The notes under the pieces were generated by a model. That model had not been told where the DNA came from, did not search any database, and was given only the letters and a program-made list of their open reading frames with translations. Of a stretch of DNA of 64,000 bases, positions 51,690-61,618 are shown piece after piece. The translations under genes and the position numbers were made by a program. The stretch comes from Candidatus Krumholzibacteriota bacterium (GTDB lineage: Bacteria > Krumholzibacteriota > Krumholzibacteriia > LZORAL124-64-63): NCBI GenBank assembly GCA_024275485.1, contig JAJRZA010000037.1, positions 5,241 to 69,240 of the forward strand. Direction: 5' to 3'. Numbering within the stretch: position 1 is the first letter of the stretch; every line of letters starts with the position of its first letter.

Positions 51690-51765
51690 GCAAACCACTG
51701 CTATTGATATCTTGACCCACCACCCGATCATTGCTTGATTGGCTGTGGGTCTTTTGTCATTCTCT

Positions 51766-51818
51766 GGGACGTTAGCGGCATACGATAGCAACATACGTTA
51801 GCAGCATACGATAGCAAC
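51766..51818 (+). promoter_or_regulatory. Four tandem copies of a 13-bp direct repeat (consensus CATACG[AT]TAGCA[AG]) 25-75 bp upstream of the next gene
   Basis: GACGTTAGCGG-CATACGATAGCAA-CATACGTTAGCAG-CATACGATAGCAAC read directly, followed by an AGGAGAG RBS and the ATG at 51841. Confidence 0.5.
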
Positions 51819-51840
51819 CCTGCCAGGAGAGTTTCCCTTC

Positions 51841-52584
51841 ATGGATTATTTGCTGATAGGTTTTGGCGGCGGTCTTATCTCGGCCCTTACTGCCTGGGGC
51901 GTGTGGAAGTTCGCCAGTCGCGGACGTGGTAAAAGCGTAAAGGTGGCCAATGCCATCAACCATGAAAGCTTCATCACCAGCATGAAAGCCATGGGCGAAC
52001 TGAACGCTTTTCGCATCATGACCAAGGAAGTGATCACCGCCAGCGACCACTGGTTAGGGGAGTTCGGCAAAAAGTACCTGAACTGGCTTCTGTCCGAGCA
52101 GCGCATCACCCTGGTCATCGAGTTTGATGTGGATTTCAAGTATGACCTGAACGACCCGAGATTCTGCATCAAGAAAACAGGAGCAGAGAATGGTTTCGAG
52201 ATCATCATGCCGACTTGCAATCACGAGGTGCGCATTCGTGATATGCGCATTCACAGCGAGGACAAAACCGAGCTCTTGCCCTGGCTGATGCCCGAAGTCA
52301 TCGGCAGGGTTTTCACCGGTGGTTTCAGCGTGGAAGCCAAGAACAAACTTATAAGCGAAACCAGGACCCAGGCCAGCCGTTTTGCCGCAGAACTTGTGGA
52401 TAAAACCACGGGGGAGGCCCAGCGGTCGGCCACCATGACTTTGAGTATGCTGGCTCAGGGGTTGGGCGCTGGTCGGGTGGACTTCAACTTTCTGCCCGCG
52501 GGCGATTTCCGTCCAGAAGTTGACACTACCTACCTGGAAAATATTTTGGCGGATCCTGAAAAATTCCGGAAAGAAGGCTATTGA
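51841..52584 (+). CDS. Membrane-anchored protein, DUF4230-like
   Basis: N-terminal TM helix and a beta-rich body (ITLVIEFDVDFKYDL...). The family call is tentative. Confidence 0.45.
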   Translation: MDYLLIGFGGGLISALTAWGVWKFASRGRGKSVKVANAINHESFITSMKAMGELNAFRIMTKEVITASDHWLGEFGKKYLNWLLSEQRITLVIEFDVDFKYDLNDPRFCIKKTGAENGFEIIMPTCNHEVRIRDMRIHSEDKTELLPWLMPEVIGRVFTGGFSVEAKNKLISETRTQASRFAAELVDKTTGEAQRSATMTLSMLAQGLGAGRVDFNFLPAGDFRPEVDTTYLENILADPEKFRKEGY

Positions 52585-53084
52585 TGCGAAAGACTATAGT
52601 TGGTGTCATGGGTGGCAGCACCGCCGATGAGCGCACTCTGGGCAATGCCCGGGAAATTGGTCGCCTCATCGCCGAGAATGGCTGGACCCTGCTTTCGGGC
52701 GGACGGCCAACCGGCGTGATGCAGGCCTCGGTCACCGGTGCACACGAAGCTGGGGGACTGACCATCGGCGGTCTTTTCGATGATGACCGCGAACTTGGGG
52801 CCGAAGGTTTGGACATTGTCATTCCCACCGGCATGGGTGCGGCGCGCAACATCATCAATGTTTTGAGCAGCGACGTGGTTGTTGCCTGTCGGGGAACCGG
52901 TGGCACCACCAGTGAAATTGCCATGGCCCTGCGTTTTGGTCGCCCGGTGGTGCTGCTGGATTTTGATCCAGGGGAGGCTTTTCTGAAATCGGGGGCCGCC
53001 GAAGTAAAATACAGTTTGGCTTCCACGCCTGCTGAAGCCGCCACTATGGTCGCCGGCTATCTGAAAGAACTAGGGCGTACCTAG
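52581..53084 (+). CDS. TIGR00725-type LOG/SLOG-like Rossmann-fold protein
   Basis: Motifs VGVMGGST...LLSGGRPTGVMQASVTGAHEAGGLTIGGL...GTGGTTSEIAMAL. The ATG overlaps the upstream stop (ATGA). Confidence 0.65.
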   Translation: MMRKTIVGVMGGSTADERTLGNAREIGRLIAENGWTLLSGGRPTGVMQASVTGAHEAGGLTIGGLFDDDRELGAEGLDIVIPTGMGAARNIINVLSSDVVVACRGTGGTTSEIAMALRFGRPVVLLDFDPGEAFLKSGAAEVKYSLASTPAEAATMVAGYLKELGRT

Positions 53085-53085
53085 G

Positions 53086-54234
53086 ATGGCTTTCGATTTT
53101 GAAACAGTTGCCCCCAGGAATCTCGAAGACAGCCTGAAATGGTCGAAATACAGGGACCGCGATATCTTGCCCATGTGGGTGGCCGATATGGACTATCGGT
53201 CACCCCCGGCGGTGATCGAGGCTCTCAAGGATCGCATCGATCAAGGTGTTTTTGGTTATGGCGGTCCTACCGGCAGTCAGACTGAAATTGTTCTGGAAAC
53301 CCTGCAAAGGGAATTCAAATGGACGGTAAAGCCGGAGTGGTTGGTATGGTTGCCGGGTTTGGTTTCCGGCTTGTCGGTAACCTGTCGTGCGGTGGGCAAG
53401 CCGGGCGATGGCGTGCTGGTCAATACGCCGGTTTATCCGCCGTTTCTCAAGATCCCGGGCCTGATGGACCGCAGCCTGGAAACTTTTCCCCTCGGCGGCG
53501 ACAACGTCAATGGCTGGACCATGGATCGCCGCCGTTTTACTGCGGGTATCTCCAGCAAGACCTCTCTTTTTCTACTCTGCCATCCGCACAACCCGGTAGG
53601 GCGAATGTGGACCGAAGATGAATTGGCCACCATGGCCGATGAATGTCTGAGCAAGCGCGTCATCATTTGCAGCGATGAGATTCACAACCAGTTGGTGCTC
53701 GATTCAAACCGACGGCATCGCCCCCTGGCCACTCTTGGGCCCGAGGTTGCCGCAAGGACCATCACCCTGTTGGCCCCGAGCAAAACCTTCAATGTGCCGG
53801 GATTGGGTTGTTCCCTGGCTGTCATCCCTGATGATAGTCTTCGGCGTCGTTTTGAGGTCGCGGCCCTGGGAATCGTTCCCCATGTGAATGTTTTGGGTTT
53901 GGTCGCCGCTGAGGCCTGCTGGCGGAATGGCGGTCCATGGTTGCTTGAGCTGATCCGGTACCTGCGTGGCAATCACGATTATCTGAAATCCCGGGTGGCC
54001 CAATGGGAGGGCGTGACCATGGCCGAGGTGGAAGCCACCTATTTGGCCTGGCTGGATGTGCGCAGCCTCGAATTGAAAGACCCGGCAGCTCATTTCGAAA
54101 ACCATGGGGTCGGTTTGTCCGACGGCAGAGAGTTCGGTGGGTCGGGTTTTGTGCGGCTGAATTTCGGCTGTTCCCGTTCCTTGTTGATTGAAGGCTGCAA
54201 TCGTCTGCAGGAGGCTATTGACGCAGCAATGTGA
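53086..54234 (+). CDS. PLP-dependent aminotransferase class I/II, MalY/PatB-type C-S lyase (cystathionine beta-lyase-like)
   Basis: PatB-like N-terminus (LKWSKYRDRDILPMWVADMDYRSPPAVIEAL) and the PLP lysine block LLAPSKTFNVPGLG. Confidence 0.8.
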   Translation: MAFDFETVAPRNLEDSLKWSKYRDRDILPMWVADMDYRSPPAVIEALKDRIDQGVFGYGGPTGSQTEIVLETLQREFKWTVKPEWLVWLPGLVSGLSVTCRAVGKPGDGVLVNTPVYPPFLKIPGLMDRSLETFPLGGDNVNGWTMDRRRFTAGISSKTSLFLLCHPHNPVGRMWTEDELATMADECLSKRVIICSDEIHNQLVLDSNRRHRPLATLGPEVAARTITLLAPSKTFNVPGLGCSLAVIPDDSLRRRFEVAALGIVPHVNVLGLVAAEACWRNGGPWLLELIRYLRGNHDYLKSRVAQWEGVTMAEVEATYLAWLDVRSLELKDPAAHFENHGVGLSDGREFGGSGFVRLNFGCSRSLLIEGCNRLQEAIDAAM

Positions 54235-54513
54235 TTTGCATCAATGGCTTGCCTCGTATGGGTTTAGGGGCCCAGATTTTTGAAAATTAGTCGCTGTTTT
54301 TGATTTTTGTAATTTTGAATAGTAGAAATTCTCTCGAATTGTGGTACACTATAAATACGTCTGAAAACAAAAAATGATAGTTGTTTGGGACCTCTCCAGG
54401 TTTTTGTGCCCGACGGAAGTGCATCTGATCGACCCGGGGGGCCCGAATAATTTTGCCAAATTTCAGTTTCGTCGGTTCCGCTCCGTCGGTGCTGAACTCC
54501 CCGGAGAATATGC
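54235..54513 (+). promoter_or_regulatory. AT-rich (about 40% GC) 280-bp upstream region of the giant C25 peptidase gene, with a TAATTTTG motif like a Bacteroidetes -7 box
   Basis: The composition drop is seen directly. TAnnTTTG at 54322..54329 is preceded by TTG about 20 bp upstream. Confidence 0.35.
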
Positions 54514-57500
54514 ATGTCCGCTCAAGGATTTCGTTCCGGATTGATGTTTCCCTTTTTGATTTTATTGATCCTTGCCCCTGTTTCGGGAGTGGGTGCTGCG
54601 GGCGACGGCATCGTGGTCTACGACGGTGAGTTTGCTCCAGAGCTCTGGTCGTGGGAAATCACCGCCGCTGGAAAATCTTACCCGGTTCTTGAGGGAACCC
54701 GCAGTCTGGCCGAACCCGGTCAGCCAATTGTGCCGGTGCAGGAACTCATGCTCTTGATTCCGGTCGGCCGGCAGGTGGCCGCAGCCTGGGTAGAACCCCT
54801 GGCCACCCGGATGGAGGATCGTTCCACGGTTATGGCCGTGGCAGGGCCTCATATCACCGATGGAGAAGTTGCTTTGGCGACGGCCCGCCTGGAGCCGGAA
54901 AATGGTCGATTTCCAGGCCAGTGGGGAGAGTTTACCGGGACTCACACCTGGCGGGGTTACAACATCCTGACGCTCAATATTTTTCCGGCACGGGTCACCG
55001 AAACGGCTGACGGAATCGGCATTGAATATCTTCAGGATTTTTCCATCAGGGTATCGTATGCCATCGGCGGTGGTGATCGCCTGACCATTCAGCGGGAACG
55101 TATGATCCCGGGGGAACAAGAAGCCAACATCGAAATCCTGCGGCAAATAGTGCACAATCCCCAGGCCATTGCAAACTATGCCAGGTTCAACGGCGTACTC
55201 GTGGAAGAGGACAAGGGTTTCTACAACCCCACACGAACCCCAAGTCTCAGCGGCAGCCCGGTGCAGTATCTCATCATCACCAATGAAGAAATGAAAAGTG
55301 AATTCCAGCGTTTGGCCGATTACAAGACCAGCCTGGGTTTGGCTTCACTGGTGGTGACTCGGGAATCCATCTCCGCAAATTTCCGCAACGGTGCCGACAT
55401 TCAGGAAACCCTGCGCATGTTCATCCAGGATGCCTACAGCAAATGGGGAACCGAATACGTGCTGCTTGCAGGAGACACTGATGTGCTGCCTGCCCGCTAT
55501 GTGGACAACCACTTTTATCCCTACAATTCTTCAACCTTGATTCCGGTGGATTTGTACTTTGCCTGCCTTGACGGCACCTGGAATGCCAACGGCAACGCTC
55601 ACTATGGTGAAGCAGACAATGAATCGGCAGGTGGTGTGGGCGATGATGTTGATTTTGCAGAGGAAGTGTATTTGGGGCGGGCAACCGTCAGCTCTTCCGT
55701 CGATGCCCAGGTTTTTGTGGATAAGGTGATTTCCTACGAAAGCACACCCCAGGGTTCGGACTGGACCAACCGCATCTTGTACGCTTGTGAAGTGCTCTTT
55801 CCCTCCGATTATCAGGATGGCGACAACATCTTTCTGGACGGTGCCGAATTCTCTGATCAAATGGTCACTGAATTGGTGGAACCCTGCACGGATTTGGAAT
55901 ATCTGCGCATGTACGAATCCAACCAGGATTATCCCCGGGACCTGCCTTTGACCAAGGCTGCCTTGATCGACAGCCTCAACACGGGGCACTATGGAACCCT
56001 CAACCAGATTGGTCATGGCTATTTCACCGTGATGTCCGTGGGTGATGACCTGTTCACAACCACTGATGCCGATGCCCTGACCAACGGCGATCACCTGTTC
56101 ATGATTTTTTCCCTGAACTGTGCTTCGGCCGCTTTTGATATGAGCTGCCTCATGGAGCGTTTTCTTCAGAATCCCCATGGAGGCTCCATCGTCTCGATTG
56201 GTTCTTCCCGGGCGGCCTTTCCCTACAACGTCAACGTCTATCAACAGGGTTTCTTTGAAGCGCTCTATTGCACCGTTGATAATCGTGTCGGCAAGTTGAT
56301 CGCCCTGAGCCGGTTGCCGTATGTGGGCAATACCATCAACAATTACGTGGATCGGTGGACCTTCGAGAACTACACCTTGTTGGGCGACCCAACAGTGCCT
56401 ATCTGGACCGGTGTCCCCGGGCAGATGATCGTGACTGCAGGCAGTCTGGACCTGGGACCAAATCAGTTTGCGGTGAATATCATGAATGGGTTGGGCGGTC
56501 CGGTGGAAAATGCCCGGGTTTGTCTGTCCCGTGAAGGTGCGGACATCTCTACCGGTTTCACCGATGGGAGCGGATCGGTGACCCTGGACTACTTGGCCGA
56601 TGCCCCCGGTGAGGTAGAATTGAAGATTTCCGGCCGGGATATGGCCCAATATGTGTCCATCATTGATGTTGAGGCGGGTGTGACCTATTTCTCCCTGAAC
56701 AGTCTTGTGGTGGGGGATAACGGTTCCTCAGGAACCACCGGCAACAGAAATGGAATAGTTGAATCTGGTGAGGCGGTAGTACTTGTCCCCATCCTGGTGG
56801 AAACCGGTGGTGCAGGCACGACAGGGTTGGTCGGTACCTTGAGCACCACCACCGAAGGGGTTACGGTTGTCACCGGAACGGTGGATTTTATCGATGTCTC
56901 AGCTGGTGGGATTTCTTATCCTGATGGGACGATCCTGGTGAAATTCGATGCAGGGATTGCCGACGGAACGCCTGTAAACTTCCGTCTTGCCCTGATAGAC
57001 GATTCTTCTGCAACTTATCTGGTTGAGTGGACTACGGTGGTCAAGGCTCCCGAACTGGAAGCCGTCATGTTGGATTGGGAAGACAGCACCTTTGGCAACG
57101 GTGATGGGATTCTGGACATCGATGAACGTGTGGTCTTGTCCGTTCGGTTTAAAAATTTTGGCGCCGGCCGTGCCGATCTGGTGGATCTTCGTTTGAGGAC
57201 CCTCAACTCCAATGTTACTCTCTACGACACCATTGGATCTTTCACCAACTTGGAGTTCATGGAAACTACCGGGGAATTGAGAAGCTTATCCTTGTCGCTG
57301 AGTGATCCAACCCGAAAATCCCAGAGCACAATCGTGATAACCGACAACTACGAACGTGTCCTTGAGCATGACCTGTATGTGCAACGCCCGGCGGCTCCGG
57401 TTAATTTTGTGACCGATACGAGCCAGGGCTCTTCGGTGATTGCATTGCTCTGGGACCCCGTTGAAGATGACAATATTTACGGATACAATATTCTGCGCAG

Positions 57501-59364
57501 CGATTTTCCCACGGGCCCGTTTTTCCCTGTGAACTCCGATGTGGTTGTTGGTACATCCTACTACCGTGATGAAAATCTGAATCAATTGACCAAATACTAT
57601 TATCAGGTGCAGGCCCTGGCCTTTCCTTTGGTACCAAGTGCCGTTTCCGAGGTGATTGAAGAGTCCACGGCGCCGGCCCTGCTGTCGGGTTTCCCCATCA
57701 TTTTTGGTGCAGAGACCAGTGGACACCTGGCCGTTGGCGATGTGGACGGCGACGATATCCCGGATATTATCCTGGGCAGCGATGAGTTGTATGTATGGCA
57801 TCACGACGGCACCGAGTTGATGGATGGCGACAACGACAGTCAAACCCTTGGCCCGGTGACCAACCTGCATTCTATTTTCCAGCCGGCGGGTATCGTTCTG
57901 GCCCAATTGGACGACCAACCGGGTATGGAAATGATTGTCTCGGACCGTGGCGTCGTTTCACAAATCTACATTTTCCGCAAAGACGGTTCCGTGCTTCCTG
58001 GATGGCCCCAGACAACTCACATAGGCAGCGGATCCAAATGGTCCTGGGCCACTCCCGCCGTCGGGGATATCGATGGCGATGGCGATTTGGAAATCGTTGT
58101 CAACACTCTTAACGGCCGCACCTGGGCCTGGCACCATGATGGCACCGAGGTGATGGATGGCGACAATGACCCGGCCACCAACGGGGTTTTTCTTGTGCGC
58201 CCCGGAGCCACCTGGGAGTATGGAGTTGGTTCGCCGTGCCTGTACGATCTTGATGGAGATGGAGCCAAGGACATCATTTTTCCTGCCGCCAGCGACAACC
58301 TGGGCGGCCACCGCATTGTGGCCCTCAGATCCGATGGGTCCGCCGTGGCAGGTTGGCCGTATGCCACCCTGGACCGGGTGAACAACAGTCCCGCCCTGGG
58401 TGACCTCAACAACGACGGGGTCATGGAGATTGTTTTCTATGACTATGGCAAAAATCTGTACGCGGTTCAGCAGAACGGAACCGACTACAGCGGATTCCCC
58501 GTAACCTTCAATTCCGGTGCCATGCCCGGTGCCGCACCTTGCATTGCCCTGGGTGATTTGGACCAGGACGGCCAATTGGAAATCATCTTCGCTGGAAATA
58601 TCGCCGGAGACTCGAGTCTATTGGTGTGTGTTGATACGGACATCAACGGCGGCACCAGTGGTCAGGCCATGAACGGTTGGCCCGTCGAATTGCCGGGCAG
58701 CACCGAAGGCAGCCCCGTGGTGGGAGATATCGATGGCGATTCCATCCCGGATATCCTCTATGGCATTGGCGGAGGAGATGAAAACGCACCGAACAACCTG
58801 TACGCCTTCAATGCCAGTGGGGTGGCCATCGACGGTTTCCCCATTACTCTCGGCGCGGCCCTGACTCCATCGCCGGTTATTTGCGATATCGACCGCGATA
58901 ACGATGTGGATATTGTTTACGGCGGCTGGGGTCGGAAACTCTATGTTTGGGACATGCCTTTTGCATACGAGATTGAAAATAGTCCCTGGCCCACCTTCCA
59001 CGGCAACATGCTTCGCGACGGTGTCTACGGCTCCTCCCATTTGACGGGGGTGCAGGATGTCAATCCTTTGCCTGCAGCTGCATTCAGGATGGAAGCTCCA
59101 TACCCCAATCCCTTCAATCCATCGGCCAGCATCCGGCTGCATGTGCCGGTAATCAATGGATCATCGAACCTGGATCTTGTGGTGTACGACCTCAAGGGCA
59201 GAAAGGTTCGTACCCTGCACCAAGGAGCCATTTCCGCAGGCTGGCATACTCTGGTTTGGGATGGCAGGGATAATTCAGGGCGGGGTCAATCCAGTGGGAT
59301 TTATTTCATGCGGGCCAGCAGTGGGGGACATTCGAGTATCCAGAAAATGACGCTGATAAAATAG
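54514..59364 (+). CDS. Giant secreted peptidase C25 (gingipain-like) with FG-GAP/VCBS beta-propeller repeats and a T9SS C-terminal sorting domain
   Basis: Signal peptide; C25 catalytic domain (YLIITNEE..., YVLLAGDTDVLPARY, catalytic NQIGHGYF and SLNCASAAFD); at least seven FG-GAP-like repeats (VGDVDGDDIPDIILG, VGDIDGDGDLEIVV, LYDLDGDGAKDIIF, and others); CTD PYPNPFNPSASIRL...VVYDLKGRKV...GIYFMRA. Confidence 0.8.
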   Translation: MSAQGFRSGLMFPFLILLILAPVSGVGAAGDGIVVYDGEFAPELWSWEITAAGKSYPVLEGTRSLAEPGQPIVPVQELMLLIPVGRQVAAAWVEPLATRMEDRSTVMAVAGPHITDGEVALATARLEPENGRFPGQWGEFTGTHTWRGYNILTLNIFPARVTETADGIGIEYLQDFSIRVSYAIGGGDRLTIQRERMIPGEQEANIEILRQIVHNPQAIANYARFNGVLVEEDKGFYNPTRTPSLSGSPVQYLIITNEEMKSEFQRLADYKTSLGLASLVVTRESISANFRNGADIQETLRMFIQDAYSKWGTEYVLLAGDTDVLPARYVDNHFYPYNSSTLIPVDLYFACLDGTWNANGNAHYGEADNESAGGVGDDVDFAEEVYLGRATVSSSVDAQVFVDKVISYESTPQGSDWTNRILYACEVLFPSDYQDGDNIFLDGAEFSDQMVTELVEPCTDLEYLRMYESNQDYPRDLPLTKAALIDSLNTGHYGTLNQIGHGYFTVMSVGDDLFTTTDADALTNGDHLFMIFSLNCASAAFDMSCLMERFLQNPHGGSIVSIGSSRAAFPYNVNVYQQGFFEALYCTVDNRVGKLIALSRLPYVGNTINNYVDRWTFENYTLLGDPTVPIWTGVPGQMIVTAGSLDLGPNQFAVNIMNGLGGPVENARVCLSREGADISTGFTDGSGSVTLDYLADAPGEVELKISGRDMAQYVSIIDVEAGVTYFSLNSLVVGDNGSSGTTGNRNGIVESGEAVVLVPILVETGGAGTTGLVGTLSTTTEGVTVVTGTVDFIDVSAGGISYPDGTILVKFDAGIADGTPVNFRLALIDDSSATYLVEWTTVVKAPELEAVMLDWEDSTFGNGDGILDIDERVVLSVRFKNFGAGRADLVDLRLRTLNSNVTLYDTIGSFTNLEFMETTGELRSLSLSLSDPTRKSQSTIVITDNYERVLEHDLYVQRPAAPVNFVTDTSQGSSVIALLWDPVEDDNIYGYNILRSDFPTGPFFPVNSDVVVGTSYYRDENLNQLTKYYYQVQALAFPLVPSAVSEVIEESTAPALLSGFPIIFGAETSGHLAVGDVDGDDIPDIILGSDELYVWHHDGTELMDGDNDSQTLGPVTNLHSIFQPAGIVLAQLDDQPGMEMIVSDRGVVSQIYIFRKDGSVLPGWPQTTHIGSGSKWSWATPAVGDIDGDGDLEIVVNTLNGRTWAWHHDGTEVMDGDNDPATNGVFLVRPGATWEYGVGSPCLYDLDGDGAKDIIFPAASDNLGGHRIVALRSDGSAVAGWPYATLDRVNNSPALGDLNNDGVMEIVFYDYGKNLYAVQQNGTDYSGFPVTFNSGAMPGAAPCIALGDLDQDGQLEIIFAGNIAGDSSLLVCVDTDINGGTSGQAMNGWPVELPGSTEGSPVVGDIDGDSIPDILYGIGGGDENAPNNLYAFNASGVAIDGFPITLGAALTPSPVICDIDRDNDVDIVYGGWGRKLYVWDMPFAYEIENSPWPTFHGNMLRDGVYGSSHLTGVQDVNPLPAAAFRMEAPYPNPFNPSASIRLHVPVINGSSNLDLVVYDLKGRKVRTLHQGAISAGWHTLVWDGRDNSGRGQSSGIYFMRASSGGHSSIQKMTLIK

Positions 59365-59403
59365 CGGATGCACCATTAAAGGTGCCTTCCGGGCATTAAT
59401 ACC

Positions 59404-59449
59404 AAGACCCCGCAATCCTTGTTCCGGGCGGCGGGGCCTTGGTTTTTCG
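59404..59449 (+). terminator. Rho-independent terminator after the C25 gene (AAGACCCCGC...GCGGGGCCTT then GGTTTTTCG)
   Basis: GC-rich stem with one mismatch, followed by a T5 run. Confidence 0.5.
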
Positions 59450-59469
59450 TCGATCCTGAAATGGCCGTC

Positions 59470-61377
59470 TCAGATCAACAGCTTGTTCACGGCTTGCACA
59501 TACGCATTGGCATCCGGCAGCGGCGACCCTTCAGCCAACAGTGCTTGACCAAGCAATACCGTCGGCCAATCCCCCAATTCATCACCCGCCTCCGATTGCG
59601 CCTGAAGCATCTTGCAGATGGCATGCTCTGGATTGATCTCCAGGATACGTTTGGATACGGACATGTTGTCCTGGCCCATCTGTTTCATGAGGCGTTCCAT
59701 GTGGGCGCTCATGGCGTCTTCCTTGTTCACCAGCACGCAGGGGCTGTCCTGCAGACGGCTGGTCACGCGCACAGTTTCCACGGTTTCTGCCAGAGCGTTT
59801 TGCAGGGCATCGCACAGTTTGCCGTAGTTTTCATGCTGCTCTTTCTCGATCTTTTCCTCTTCTTCGGTTTTTTCCAGTTCCACATCCCCCCGGCTGATGT
59901 CCTTGAACTGTTTGCCGTCGAAATCGTGCAACCCGCTCATCATGAATTCATCCACATGGTCGGCCATGAAAAGGACTTCAAACCCCTTGGCGCGGAAAGT
60001 CTCGAGCAAAGGCGATTTTTCCATGGTCTTGAGGCTCTCGCCTGTGATGTAGTAGATGACATCCTGCCCGTCACGCATGCCGCTTACGTAGTCCTTCAGG
60101 CTGATGTTGTCGCTGGTTCCCGATGAGGTGGAGTGGAAGCGCAACAAGCTTTTCAGCTCGTCGAGCCACTCGAAGTTCATGTAAAAACCCTCTTTGAGGA
60201 CCATGCCCATCTCTTTCCAGAAAGTGGCGTAATCTTCGGGCTTGTCGTCGGCCATTTTCTGCAGGGCATCCAGGGTTTTCTTGATCACGTGTTTTTTGAT
60301 GCCCGCGATGATGCGGTTGTTCTGCAGAATTTCCCGACTCACGTTCAACGGCAGATCCTCGCTGTCCACCACACCGCTGACAAAGCGCAGCCAGGTGGGC
60401 AACAGGTCTTCGCAGTTGTCCATGATGAAGATGCGTTTGACGTACAATTTGATGCCGTGACCACGATCCTGGTTGAAGAGTCCGAAAGGAGCCTTGCCCG
60501 GTACGTAGACCAGGGACCAGAATTCCTGGCGGCCTTCCACGTGCTGGTGGGTCACGGTGAGGGGCTCGCCGGCAAAATCGTTGCTGATCTGCTGGTAGAA
60601 TTCCTTGTGATTCTCTTCGGTGACCTCTTTGGCACTGCGCCGCCAGATGGCGGTTTTTTCGTTGAGGCGCTCGGCTGCTTTTTCTTCGGCTGGTTTGAGT
60701 TCGCCGTCTTCGTCCTTTGCGGGCTTCGGCAAGGTTTTCAACCAAATGGGATGAACGATGAATTCGGAATACTTGTGGATGATTTCGCGTACTTTACACT
60801 CGGATGCGAAGCCGCTGATGTCTTCGTCGTCCTTGAGGTGGATGGTGACGATGGTCCCGCGATTTTCTTTTTCCGCTTCCGAAAGCAGGAACTCGCCGTC
60901 ACCCTTTGAACTCCACAACCAGGCCTGATCCTCGCCTGCCTTGCGAGTGAGCACCTCAACATTCTCGGCCACCATGAAGACGGAATAGAAACCCACGCCG
61001 AACTGACCGATTAGACTCATGTCTTTCTTGGAATCGCCGGAAAGATTGCTCAGAAAGCTGCGGGTGCCACTGCTGGCAATGGTGCCCAGGCTCTGTACGA
61101 GGTCATCTTCGTTCATGCCGATGCCGTTGTCGCTGACGGTGATGGTGCGTGCATCTTCATCAACCTTCAGGTCGATGCGCAGATCCGAGTCTTCACCCAG
61201 CAGGTCGGGGTTGGTGATGCCTTCGAAACGGACCTTGTCCAGGGCGTCGGCGGAGTTGCTGACCAGCTCACGCAGGAATATTTCCTGGTTGCTGTAGAGG
61301 GAGTTGATCATCAGGTTCAGAAGTTCACGGACTTCCGTCTGGAATTCATGTTTTTGGGGCGCAGCCTTCTTGGACAT
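59470..61377 (-). CDS. htpG: Molecular chaperone HtpG (Hsp90)
   Basis: GHKL ATPase N-terminus (NQEIFLRELVSNSADALDK, GTIASSGT) and full-length Hsp90 architecture, 635 aa. Confidence 0.95.
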   Translation of the reverse strand: MSKKAAPQKHEFQTEVRELLNLMINSLYSNQEIFLRELVSNSADALDKVRFEGITNPDLLGEDSDLRIDLKVDEDARTITVSDNGIGMNEDDLVQSLGTIASSGTRSFLSNLSGDSKKDMSLIGQFGVGFYSVFMVAENVEVLTRKAGEDQAWLWSSKGDGEFLLSEAEKENRGTIVTIHLKDDEDISGFASECKVREIIHKYSEFIVHPIWLKTLPKPAKDEDGELKPAEEKAAERLNEKTAIWRRSAKEVTEENHKEFYQQISNDFAGEPLTVTHQHVEGRQEFWSLVYVPGKAPFGLFNQDRGHGIKLYVKRIFIMDNCEDLLPTWLRFVSGVVDSEDLPLNVSREILQNNRIIAGIKKHVIKKTLDALQKMADDKPEDYATFWKEMGMVLKEGFYMNFEWLDELKSLLRFHSTSSGTSDNISLKDYVSGMRDGQDVIYYITGESLKTMEKSPLLETFRAKGFEVLFMADHVDEFMMSGLHDFDGKQFKDISRGDVELEKTEEEEKIEKEQHENYGKLCDALQNALAETVETVRVTSRLQDSPCVLVNKEDAMSAHMERLMKQMGQDNMSVSKRILEINPEHAICKMLQAQSEAGDELGDWPTVLLGQALLAEGSPLPDANAYVQAVNKLLI

Positions 61378-61618
61378 GGTTCTTCCTTTTTGGGGTTCTA
61401 GGGAAGGTTGAGTTTGATCGCGACAAAGATATATAGAGGGGGTTCTTACGGCAAGGTTGGGGCGGGCAATGTGGGCAAGACCTTAATGGAAACGTCGCGT
61501 TTGAGTTTGGTGTCCCTTGCGAGATAGACCTCGCCCACGCCGCCTTTGCCAAGCAAGGAGGTGATTTCGTATTGGTCGAGTGTCTTGCCTAGAACTTGGG
61601 GCTCCTTGGGGGTTAAAT

